Positions 12,996 through 25,730 of a stretch of DNA of 64,000 nucleotides are shown piece by piece; the stretch's first letter is position 1; each line of letters opens with the position of its first letter. A program made the translations under genes and the position numbers. This DNA is from the human T2T-CHM13v2.0 reference genome, Homo sapiens: the NCBI RefSeq assembly GCF_009914755.1, contig NC_060926.1; one strand, written 5' to 3'. Below the pieces are notes generated by a model, which saw nothing but the letters and a program-made list of their open reading frames with translations, ran no database searches and was not told the origin of the DNA.

Positions 12996-13206
12996 CTAAA
13001 AGACAAGAAAGGAATAATTGTAAATATAATGGAGCAGTGGCTGACAGCTGAGGTTTGCTCTTACCAAATCTTTGTTACAAGTCAACCTACAGTTATTTTG
13101 GGCCTGACTATTTCGATGGTCACTTATGATTCTTATTTCTCCTTCCCACAGCCTATTTCTTGTAAATGTTGAAGCTTCTTTTGCTGGGAAATGAAAAGTA
13201 ACAGGC

Positions 13207-13325
13207 AGAGGGTAGTGGTGATGGCTGTGCAATATTATGAATGTACCTAATGCCACTGAATTTTACAATTAAAAACGGCTAAAGTGGTAAAATTTTTGTT
13301 ACGTATATCCTACCAGAAAAAAAAA
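13207..13325 (+). mobile_element. L1M 3' end fragment
   Basis: gtggtgatggctgtgcaatatt...aatgccactgaatt...A-tail. Confidence 0.75.
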
Positions 13326-13466
13326 TGTAGTATCTAGAAGGAGGTACTTGTTTGGATTCAGCTGGGAAATACAGGGAACCAAAGACTATGGGCAAAGAGA
13401 ACCAGCAATGTTCCCAGGAAAATATCCCTTCATGAGGCCTGGGAATGCCAGCAAATTGTCACCATG

Positions 13467-13939
13467 TATCATGGGTTGAATTTTGTCTCGTCAAAAGATA
13501 TGTTGAAGTCCTAACCCCCAGTAACTGAGAGGGTAATTTTTTTTTTTCTGAAACTAGGACCATTGCAGATAAAATTAAGATGAGGTCATAATGGAGCAGG
13601 GTGTGCCCTTAATCCAATATAACTGTGTCCTAAAAAGAAGAGGAGAAGAGACAAAGAGACTGAGACAGAGACACACAGGAGAGAAGGCCATGTGAAGACG
13701 GAGGCAGAGATCAGAGTGATGCAGCTATAAGCCACGGAACACCAAGGGTTGCCGGCCACCATCAGAAGCTAAAAAGAGGCAAGGAAGAATTCTTCCCTAG
13801 AGCCGTCACGGGGGCCTGGCCCTGCCTACGCCTCGATTTCAAAATTCTAGCCTCCAGAACTATGAAAGGACAAATCTGTGTTGTTTTAAGCCGCCCAGTT
13901 TGTGGTAATGTATTGCAGCAGCCACAGGAGACGAATGCA
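13467..13939 (+). mobile_element. MLT1B/C MaLR LTR
   Basis: atgggttgaatt...ctagcctccagaactatga...ttttaagccgcccagtttgtggta. Confidence 0.85.
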
Positions 13940-15219
13940 TCTTATAAGAAGCCTGTCTGCTTAAGTTGCCAGGCTGTCTTCCTAACTAGTTGATGCTGGC
14001 GGTCCTCAAGGCATAATCAAGATGACACACTGTATTAAAGTACCTTAGTTTGAATTAGGGGGCAAATAATAAGTTACAAAAGGTGGCTGGTTTTCGGTAC
14101 TGTGATTTGAGAAGTCTGGTGGGCTGCCTCCGCCCGTGCTGCCTCTGATGTGAGTGCCTGGCTTTGTTTTATAGAAGCCTTCACAAAGTCCTGTTAGCCT
14201 ATTAAAAACTATGCCTTCTGGCCCTTCTCTGGGAGGTCTGACATCACAGGATGAGGCCTCAATTTGGGTTTTGTTGTTGCAGCAGCTGGAAACGTCTGGT
14301 GGAATTACCATCCCTCCCCTAACCAAGCACAGTAGAGTCCCTCCTTCCCAGGGACCCTCCAAGTGCTGAGTGATGCCTTCTCTTCTCCCATTCCCGCTCT
14401 GCCTCTGGTGGGCAGCAGACCCAGCCTGAAATGGTAAGAACTGTTATGACTCTTTTATGGGCTAGGAACCCTCTGCCACCCCTCCTCACAGAGTCTAGGA
14501 GGTGGTAGGAATAGGTCACGAGCTGTTGCTTCATTCATTTCAGAACTGTTGTCCTCGAACAATTCTAATCAGAAAAAAAGGAACTCATTCTTAGTTAAAT
14601 CTTCAAAACTAGGCATTGAGTCATAACCCCAGGGTCCTGGTTCCAAGACCACTCATTCCCTGTTTGAGTATCCATAGTCTCCAGTAATTATAGGCTTTCT
14701 CTTTCCACAAAAGCCATTTTAGGGAAAGGATCTGACATTTACACTTGGCAAGTTAAAGCCTGATAACAACCTAATATATTACCTTTCACTTCCAGCAATA
14801 CTTTTAGTTAATTCTTTTGTCCCCACTCCACCCCAGGTTAGTGGATTAGTGAAGCTTTAGGCCAGACCTTCAGAGGGAGGGTTCTGAAACACCTGCAATC
14901 CCTGGCATTTCCCAGCAGATAGGGCAGTCCTAAGATTGCCCCATACATGGGATTTCTTGTCCTACCTTCCCCAGAATCCAGGGTTGGCCTTGGTTATGAT
15001 TTATAGAGGGTGGGTGTCAGGGAAGGAAGGCAGTACCAAAATAAACCCTGGCATTGCAGAGATTCCAGGGGAAATAATCCTTCTGGAGTTCCAGGGCTCT
15101 GTGATTACCTGAACTGTTAGCACCAAATCTTGTTGCCAAAAATAGCAGCCACATAGTCACCAAGATAGTACTTTTTCCCAGTGGTTCTCTAGCCTGCTGT
15201 GCCTCAGAACATCTGTGGA

Positions 15220-15659
<440 letters not shown>

Positions 15660-16039
15660 CTAAGCATCTCCAGGTAAGCCTGCCTGGTGGGCACAGAGCC
15701 TGGGTCAGCTAACCCAAGAAGGTGCAAGGCACTTCTCGCTGGACAGCCTTCTTCAACAAGACAGGCACAGGACCTTCCCGGCCGTCACCTCAGTTGCCTC
15801 TGTTTACATGGACTTATGTTTGTTCTTAGAAAAAATTTTATTACTGCTACTCTCATCCAGCTAACTTCCAACTTCAATACAAGCCCAGCAAGTCAGAATA
15901 TGCTAACCCAGATTATAGTATCAACCTTCCCTTAAAAAATTAAATATCTTCGGTTTCTCAATCTTCCTCTGCGGGTTAAAAGCCTGTTTGGAGAAGAAGA
16001 AAGCTACGTGAATGCTGCCGCTTTTATTGAAAAATTTAC

Positions 16040-16190
16040 CTATGGTGGTGAAAAGCTCGCAGCCCAAGGAAACAAAGTGAGAAAAATGCAAATGCAAGTG
16101 CTGGGAGGGACCAAGTGGCCAGGGCATAGCCGATCCATTCAATGATCTCACCGAGGAAATTGGCTCCAGAAACATACGTAAACAAGCCAC
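16040..16190 (-). CDS. SRD5A2: SRD5A2 exon 4 (151 bp)
   Basis: Translates GGLFTYVSGANFLGEIIEWIGYALATWSLPALAFAFFSLCFLGLRAFHHH(R); acceptor cgcag, donor gtaaat. Confidence 0.98.
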
Positions 16191-18103
16191 CTGCGTGCAG
16201 AAGAATCGGAAGGTCAATCATTGCAACTGAATCATTTTGACATTAAACCCATCTGTGTTGTTCCAAAATACACAAAGGCAGCAAGAACAAATGTGGGGCT
16301 GGAGGCTCCCTCCATAGTCATAGGAGTTTGGTGGAATCCTCTTGGGGAGAAGGGGAAACAAAGCAACAACAGCCTGTTGCCTGGAGAACATTCTGGAGTT
16401 GCGAAGAGTGGCCTCAACTGCTTAACGGGCTCTATCCAAATCTCTAACAACTGCTGGACCACTAGCTTTGGGTAGGATAAGGGAGAGGTGTAGGAGGTCT
16501 GGTTTTTGTTTTGTTCTGTTAAGGAAGGTTTTTGGGCCACCTCTTACCTCCCCGCTCCTTTCCTGGACACACACACGTTCACATTCACAGTCCCAAAATG
16601 TGAAACTGCACACTACATTAAAATAATAAAAATCTGAACTCACGGGAGAAGGAATTTAGATTCTCTTATGGGATTTGCCCCTCCCCACCCTTCTGCAAAG
16701 CACTCTCCTCTGTTCATGTTTAAAGCAGAGAGTAGGAGCTGCAGGTATTTGTCCTGCTGTAGGCTGGTGAAGTCGGCTTCTAGATTTTAAATGTTTCATT
16801 TTCTATCCAACCAGGTATTTCTTCTCTCAGGACTGTATCTAGAAATCAGCATATTTCTAATGATATTAAATATATCCACACTAAATTTTATTACCCACAT
16901 TAAACTGGGGATGTTTCAACCGAAACAATTTTGTTCTTTCTACAGTTACATAAAAATACTTTGTTTTAAATCATTCTCTATTATAATTCAAAAGTTGGAA
17001 ACTAATCTTGGCAACTGGTTTTCAAGTGCTTTCTCTGCTCTTCTTTATTTATCTAGTTATGGAGTGAATGTTTTTAAAATCAAAGCCCCTTAGAGTTGAA
17101 TCTTTCTTGAAGATGAGACTGCGTCAGTGGTTCCCAACCTGTGATTCTCTACGCCCTGGGAGGAACCACGGATCTAAAGCAAAGGGCCTATAAATTTTCT
17201 ATGAAGACAGTAAACGGCACATCTTAACCTCCTAAATTATTTTTGTTTGATGTAGATACTGTTAGGATATTAACAACATTCAAATTCATTTGAATCTGTT
17301 ACTGAATTCATAGTAACTTTGTCATTAATTTCTTAATCAATGACTATTAATGTGCACTAACATCATGTCATAATTGAGGAAATTTTTTGATGTAAATAAA
17401 GGGTTGTATTTACATCAAAAACGGTGGAAGCCAAGGACCTACACAAATACCCATCTAAACCTACTGAAGGATGACTTGGACTGATTTGCTCCCATCTGCG
17501 TATATTTGTCAATCTCATACCCTGGTTTCTTTGGAGCAGTTAGGATTACAAACATGCTCACCTTTATCTCCAAAAATGCACTTGTGCTTGTAAGGCCTCC
17601 CATCCTAAGTTTTGATTAAGTAAATATAGTTCTCTACACCTTTAAAAGTATATATGAATGGCAGGAAATACGCAAGTTCTAGCCTTAACTGCTCACAAGA
17701 TAAGTCTAGATCAATTGGAGGGGACACATTTATTGGCCAAGCATTCAGCATCATTTGCAACCTAGAAAGGATCAGCCCTCTGTACATGACAACCTTACCT
17801 ACTGCAATGAGGGTGTAGGTAGCCGATTCCAACCCTACTCAAATCTCCCACTCTCTCCCACCTTCCGGGTATTGCGGTCTTGCACCTTCCTGAGGGCTCT
17901 GGTAGCTCTCTGGAGCTTCTGGGTTCAGATTAGAAATGCAGAGGTACTGTGATGGGACTGGGTTTGCAGGGGAAGTCAAGAGCAAGCTGAGAGGTATTGT
18001 ATCATTCGTGCCCTCACTGTCCCCTCTCCATCTGCTACCATAGCATCATCCCTGGGACAGGCTCCAGGGAAGAGTGAGAGTCTGGGGGCAGGGGAGACAT
18101 TAC

Positions 18104-18205
18104 CTTGTGGAATCCTGTAGCTGATTTCTCCAGGCTTCCTGAGCTGGCGCAATATATAGTCACTATGAATGTTTATTCCCATTCCCAAAATAAATAAGAA
18201 GACAC
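18104..18205 (-). CDS. SRD5A2: SRD5A2 exon 3 (102 bp)
   Basis: Translates GVFLFILGMGINIHSDYILRQLRKPGEISYRIPQ(G); acceptor ...tttgtcaag, donor gtaatg; phase 1/1 matches neighbouring exons. Confidence 0.98.
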
Positions 18206-18639
18206 CTTGACAAAGAAGAGAGAAAGGAGAAATTTTTTTTAAATGTGTCCAGATTGTGGTGCTTTTTTCACAAACTAAGCTAAAATGAAAGGAGGGGCAT
18301 TTAATTCCAAAAAATGAAGGGAAGGGCATTTAATTTCTAAATCTAAGAATGGTCCTAAGACGTGGCAGAAAGTGGGGAGGGCAATGAGTCCTGGTCCTGA
18401 ATGGGGAGCACTGGGTGTGCTGTTTCCTAGACTTGGGCTGAAAGTACACAGTGGCACCACTGATGGAGACAGATTAGAAAAGAGAGGAGAGCAGGAGGTA
18501 GCACCATTGTCCAGTATTTAAATAGATAAACAAACAAATGCATGGATCATAATAGTAAGCCTTTAGCTCATTCACAAACAGTCAAATCGAGGTTTCATAT
18601 CTCAACAGCTGATTCCAGCCCCTTTTCTTTTGCCATCCC

Positions 18640-19050
18640 CCACTACAGAGGTTGCACTGAGAAAGGGGGTCACATGAGCTAGTTCCACCAATAAGATGTA
18701 AAGTGAAGTCTTGGTGGGGGGACTTCCTTGGAAATCGTTTGCTTTTCTGATAAAAGGTGCAGGCAAGACCGGTGCCCCTACTTCGTCTTTCTTCCTGTCT
18801 TGATTGCCAGATGTAATGCCTTGAGCTACAGTCAACATCTTGCAACCACGAAGTGATGAATAAGAGGACCACAGGTAAACATGCTAAGAATAGGGGAGAC
18901 ACAAAGTGCCTGAGTTATTAATGGTGTCAGTAAGCAACCACAGGAATGCAGAAGCCACCTACTTCGACACTTGTTATGTAAGAACTATGAATTCTGAATT
19001 ATTCCCGTCACTATTATATGGTTTTCTGAACGCATTCCTGACTGAAACAC
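18640..19050 (+). mobile_element. Old MLT1 (J/H-like) LTR fragment
   Basis: ggtcacatgagctagttc...gccatcttgcaacca-like motifs; approximate. Confidence 0.45.
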
Positions 19051-19121
19051 CCACTCTCATGAAATAACGTGAGCTAGTTTGGAGGCGTGGCCACTAACAA
19101 ACTGACTTCCATCACTGCCAG

Positions 19122-19123
<2 letters not shown>

Positions 19124-19159
<36 letters not shown>
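19124..19159. repeat. (CA)18 microsatellite
   Basis: Direct reading. Confidence 0.95.
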
Positions 19160-19160
<1 letters not shown>

Positions 19161-19725
19161 TCTGACATTAAAAGTAGCATACTACACACACTGTTCACAT
19201 TTTTATTTATCTTACTTAGCCACATATCCTGGAGGTGTCTCCACGTGCACTATCCACTGGTACAGAAAGGGCCCTGTTCTGAGGTGAGGACAGCCAGGAT
19301 CAGGGATGCTAGATCCTGCATCCCAAAAGGCATTATTACAGCCCAGAAACACTCACCGTCCCACAAAGAGGCCCAACCCAACCTGTCAGCAAAGCACTTT
19401 GGTGCTTTTCAAAATATGTCAGGCAAAAAGCAAGAACAGTTTAGTTGAAACAATCAAGTCTATTCTCACCTTATTTGATTTGATATAAAACAAGGATTTT
19501 CCACCTTGCCTAGTCAAAAGATCATTAGCCTGGAAGAAAGGGTATCTGGGGCGGGGGATGGTAGGGGAGCGGGGAGGGAAGGGGGACAGCACACACAGCA
19601 GTGTCTTCAACCATTTTAGATAGGGTGGTCAGGGAAAGTCCCTTTGAGGAGGTGCAAATTGGTAGGGAACTAAATAAAGTGAGGAACCAACCCCCATGAA
19701 TACATGGGGGCAAAGCCTTCTAGGC

Positions 19726-19946
19726 CAGGCTTGTCCAACCCGCAGCCTGTGGGCCACATGCAGCCCAGGACAGTTTTGGATGTGGCCTGACACAAATTCG
19801 TACACTTTCTTAAAACATTGTTTTAAGAAACAATGTTTCTTTCAGCTTATCAGCTATCATTGGTGTTAGTGAATTATATGTGTAGACCAAGGCAATTCTT
19901 CTTTTTCCAATGTGGTCCAGGGAAGCCAAAAGACTGGACACCCCTG
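19726..19946. mobile_element. MER30 DNA transposon inserted in an L2 fragment (~19590-20320)
   Basis: TIRs caggcttgtccaa / tggacacccctg; 8-bp TSD ttctaggc / tactaggc. Confidence 0.85.
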
Positions 19947-20367
19947 TACTAGGCAGAGGGAACAGTCCTATACAAAAACACTGGGGCTGGACAAGCTTGA
20001 CAGCTTGTGGCACAGCAGGAAGGCCACTGGCACTGGAGCACAGAAAAGGAGGTGCAGGGAGCCAGGAAAAGAGGTTGGGAAATTGAAAAGACCAAGAATA
20101 TTTAGGATTTAAAGGCAGTGGGAAGGAATTTGTATTTTATTTTGAGAGTAAAGGAAATCTACTGGAGAGTTTTGCGATGGGAAATGGCATGATATGTGTT
20201 TAAACAATCTCTCTGGCTACCATATAGAGAAAAGATCAGGGTAGAGGTGAGGGAGGGGAAGATGGGATCATTACGAGGTCATTGCAGTAGGGAGAGGCCA
20301 TGGCGATGTAGATTGTGGGAAGGGTTGTTAGCTGGGAAGTAGGTGAGAAGTGGGCAGATTCACTTAC

Positions 20368-20531
20368 CCAAGCTAAACCGTATGTCTGTGTACCACCCAT
20401 CAGGGTATTCAGCACAGTAAATCAGATAGTAGCCTTGAAGGACTCCATTTCCAGTGCAGAAGGCAGTGCCTCTGAGAATGAGTATAGCTGGATAAGGCCT
20501 CCCTCGATTGAGCAGTGAGTACACAAATGTC
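20368..20531 (-). CDS. SRD5A2: SRD5A2 exon 2 (164 bp)
   Basis: Translates (R)TFVYSLLNRGRPYPAILILRGTAFCTGNGVLQGYYLIYCAEYPDGWYTDIRFSL(G), recognised as human SRD5A2; acceptor cccag at 20532-20536, donor gtaagtg at 20367-20361. Confidence 0.98.
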
Positions 20532-21700
20532 CTGGGACACACAGGGAGGAAAGGTTAGGATTCACTGTTAAAAAAGAACATGGTCTCATCCCCACCTCTT
20601 TCTTAAGCTCACACCAGAAGGTACAAAAACCAGGCTCTGCCATTTCGCCTTAACCCAATACAAATTATCTTCTCCAGGAGGATGTATATCACAGGCCAAA
20701 ATAATTACATACCTGAAAAGTACAACCACTAAGAAATAATCAACAACATGTAATATATAAATAATTTATGTAATAAATAATGAATAACATGTACCATGCA
20801 AAGTGGAATTATCATGACAGAACAACAATTTTAAATAAGTACAATAAATATCCTTAAAGAAATGTTTCCTTCAAGGCAGAAAAAAATACTTGAAAAAGAA
20901 CTAAATAAAAATAATTTATCAAAAATTATAAAGCCTATTAGTGATAGAGTAAGAGCAAAATCTAGGTCTTCTGATAATCCCAGTTTTCTACATTAAACCT
21001 TTCTAATTACTCTTGAATTGGCATTTTCAAAAAGATGTACTGTCACTGTATGTGAATGAGTGATAGACTCAAAAAAGAGAATCCATAGTTAAGTAAGCTT
21101 GGGATCTATAACATCAGACAAGACCTAATATTTACTCATTGTGGGGTTTCTTCAAGCCATGGCATACTAAGGATATGATGACTCTCCGAGAAGGAACCCC
21201 TAGTTTGGCACATTCATCACAGACTTGGAGCTCCACTCCAGAAAACACTTTCCTAAACAGGGCAGATAATCCTATACACACAATTGGATCTTGAAGCTTT
21301 GAAAACTGATATTTGATTCTGTAAATTTTATATTCATTTTTCTTTCTTTGTCTCTTACACAAAAACACACACACATATGCATGCACACACACATGTACAA
21401 ATGCACACGCACATGCTCATGCTAGACAACCACACACATCTCCAGAGCATTCATCTGATCTTTTGCAGACAAGAAAGAGCAGACAAGATCTGCAGATTTC
21501 ACAGATAATCACAGTTGCATTTTGGATAGGAACACCCATCCTTCAAAGTCTGGGAGGTTTGTCTTAGATTTCCTTCTCAAAAACAGGAAGTCTAAGAAAT
21601 GCCCTGGGCTTCATGTCAGGGATGTGAGTCACCATTTTTTTTACCTGGATCATATGTGAGTGTTGCCTCCTAAAATTGCTGTGAGGATGAAATTATCTAA

Positions 21701-22181
<481 letters not shown>

Positions 22182-24039
22182 TGAATATGGACAATTCTGT
22201 TGGAACAGGGAGGCTGCTCAAGTGTTCTCAGGATGCTGAAACTTCTCACCTCTACCATCTGCTCTCCTGGCCAGTTAATGGACTATGAGGATCTTTAATT
22301 ATTTGTATTAAAAAGCTGAAGGGGAAAGAAAGGTTAGTTTCCTGTGCTGTCTCCCTAGAAACTAAATGCTGTCTGCTGTCTCCCTCTCCCCTTCACACCT
22401 GGACTCAGGTCTACTATGTCGTCTGCAGAATGCCTCCCACCCCACCCAATCACAACAGTGCCTACAATTCATGTCAGTAAATAATTACCTTCTCTGTTTC
22501 TCACCTCCTTCAAAACACAAATACACACAACAAGAGAAAGGAAATTGAGTCTCTAATACCAGAGTGTGCATAAGTGAATTAGATTCATGAGTTTTACTTC
22601 CTTCCCCAGAGGGAAAAAGAACAGAGTGAAGATGTAGTGGGAGAGCAAGGGCTCCGTGGTTAAAAAGGTCAGGCTCGAAGGATTTCACTATTTCATAACT
22701 CTGTGATCTTGGACAAACTCCTTCATCTGTAAACTGAGGTTAATTATTAACCTTATTGGATTATGAGGCTGGACTCATTGGACTACTGTTTTATGAGAAT
22801 CATTGGATTCCTACAGAAATTAAATAAGATGATGCAGGAAAAAGTAACTGATACAGGATTGTTGCTATTTGTTTCTCCTTGCATTCACACTCCAGGAAAG
22901 CTTTGGGAGCCTGAAGGTGACTTCTTAGAAGGAAAGGATCCTGAAAGGCTACAGAAAGGTATTTTTTAAAAAGTTGTATTTTTGTAATACTTGCAGTAGA
23001 AGTATGTATTAATCAGGGCAGGCTCACTACTGTAACAAACAACTACAAAGTATCAAAAGATCAACATAATAAAAGCTCATTTCTTGCTCATGCCACAGTA
23101 AGATGCTATTCAAGCTTCTGCTCCACAGCCATTCAGGACCCAGGCCCTTCCAAGGAATCTTCTGCATCTATCCAGCAGGCAAAGGAAGAGAGAGGACAAG
23201 GAGGATTGTGTAGAAGATTTTCTTAATGACCATGCTTCAGGCTGGAAGTGGCATAAATTCCACCCTCATTCTTTTAGCCCCACCCAACTGCAAGGGAGGC
23301 TGGGAAATGCAGCTGATTGGGTTTCCCAGCAGGAAAAAGAAGGAGGTTTGGTGAACACATGGTACAGACAGAAGACTTTGGAGAACTAGATGTCCCGGAG
23401 AACAAATAAAGTTCATCTAATCTGAATAACTTTGCTATTGGAAAGCTGGAAATAGTTCAAAGCTTGTTTCACTGTAGAAAAAGACAAAGACAATGACGAG
23501 AAGCGGGAGAGAGTCTATTAGCCCAAGAGGCTGGCAATTGGTGCTGTAGAGTTGTAGGTGAGTTTCCCCTTCAGATCCCATGCTCCACCTATGGTCTGAG
23601 ACTCAGTTTCCCTGGTTTGGGACCACATCACTTTAATTACCTCCTACACCTCTAATGTAAATTTTCATTCTTTTATGTTTGTTCTTATAGAGAGACTGAT
23701 AAGTACTCTGTAAATATAAAGTTTTTTTATCATTGCTAAGTAAATATTCATTTGGGGGGATTCATTGGAAAGGGTTAACTGAAATTGCAAATCCAAATTA
23801 AACCAAAGAAAAGAAGCTTTAAAATTACACATCTTGCATAGACCAACTCATATTTAACTAAGTCTTCTTCAAATATAAATGCTATTGCTAAGATTATCAA
23901 GCCAATTGAAGACTTTTCACTATATGAAATTTTAGACTCATTGTCAATCAAAATAAATTCAAACTCTATAGATAAATACAAAGTTTCCATGTATATATTT
24001 AACTGTTCTGTATAGTAATTACACCTTTCTTGACCCTGT

Positions 24040-25730
24040 AACCTTGTTCATCTACTACTCCATTTTCCTGCTTTCCTTTATAGCAACTCCAGAGAGTTGC
24101 TTATGCTCACCATCTCTGTCTTCTCCTCCACTTCTTTCCTCCTTCCCCCTCCTCCCATGGAAACAAATCTTGGTGGGGCCACCAGAGACCATCACATTCC
24201 CAAACCCAAGAATCAATTTACAACTCTCTTCTTATTTGACAAATTAATCACTCCCTCTTTCTGGAAACACTTTCTTTACTCAACTTCCAGCACACCACAC
24301 TCTCTTGGTTCTTCTGCTTCACTGATCTGTTCTCATTTTCCTTTGCTGGTTTCTCCTCATCCTCCTGACCTCTAAATATGAGAGTGCCCCCAGAACTCAG
24401 GACTCTTTTTCTTCTTTATTTACAGTCTCTGTCTATGTGATCACATCTAGACATATCATTAAATATCATTCATATAATCTGAATGTGTTCCCCAAAATTT
24501 GTGTGCTGGAAATTTAATCCCCAATGCAACGGTGCTGAAAGGTGGGGCCTTTTAGGAGGTGTTTAGGTCATGAGGGCTCTGCCAACATGAATGGATTAAT
24601 GCTGCTATAAATAGGACTTGAGGGAGTGGATTTGTTCATTCTTGCCCTTTCACCTTCTGCCTTCCTCCACGTGAGAATACACCAAGAAGGAGTCCATCAG
24701 ATGCTGGCACCTTGGCCTTGTACATCCCAGCCTCTAGAACCGTGTGAAATAGATTTCTGCTCTTTGTAAATTACCCAGTCTCAGGTATTCAGTTATAGCA
24801 GCGCAAAACAGACAAAAGCAATTATCTATAGGACAGCAAGTCCCAAATTGATATCTCCAGACAGGATATCTGCAGTCCTTAAACTCAGACTCCTGTGGGC
24901 AACCTCCTACTATGCCCCTAGTTTAATGGATATTTCAATTTTAACACAGTCAAACCCAAACCTCTGACTCCCCATTCTTCCCCAGACTTGCACTTCCCTC
25001 GGTCTTCCCCATCTCAGTAAATGCCAAGTTTATTCTTCCAATTGCTTAAGCCAAAGATCTTAGACCATCTTTGATCTCTCTCTCTCTCTCATTCTCTCAC
25101 ACCCCACATAAAATCTGTTAGCAATTTCTGTCATCTTTATCTGCAAAATGTTTTCAGAATCTGGCCACATCTCACTAACTCCATTATTCCATCTGAGTTT
25201 AATCTCTCATTAAACCTCTCCCGGGTATTTGTAAAAGCCTCCTCATTTGACCACCACATTTACTCCACCGCAATCTATTCTCCATATAGCAGACCAATAA
25301 AGCTGTAAACTGGATCATATTACTTCTCTCTGAAAACCTCCTTCATGACTAAATGAAAGCCCAAATTCTTGACTGCCTTCAAGACCCTAGACAATCTGAT
25401 TCCCCAACTACATCTCTGCTCTCTTCTACCACTTTTGTCTTTGTCCATCTCACTGCAGCCACTCTGCTCAAATGTTAGCTTCCCTGACCACCTTATGTAA
25501 AATAAATAACCTCCAATGCCTCCAGCACTCACTAGCCTCATAAATCTACTTTACTTTTTCCAGTAGCATTTTTTACTAACATATTCTACTTTCTGTGTTT
25601 ATTGTCCACCTCTTCCCACAAGAATGTATGCACCATAAAGAGAGAAATGTTATCTATTTTGTTCATCACTATATCTGCAATGCCTTGAACAGTGCCTGGG
25701 ACACAGCAGGCCTGGAATGAATTTTGAATG
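24040..25730 (+). mobile_element. LINE-2 fragment interrupted by an MST/MLT1A-type LTR (~24468-24820)
   Basis: Pyrimidine-rich L2 body ending acagtgcctgggacacagcagg...tgaatgaa; LTR ends ttatagcagcgcaaaacagac. Confidence 0.75.

Noticed and set aside
17976-18329. 117-aa ORF as a separate protein
   Set aside because: It is the SRD5A2 exon 3 frame extended into the flanking introns; likewise 16036-16221 and 20360-20542
19691-19710. 8-bp hairpin cccccatg-aata-catggggg
   Set aside because: Short, inside an L2 remnant, and plausible by chance in 64 kb
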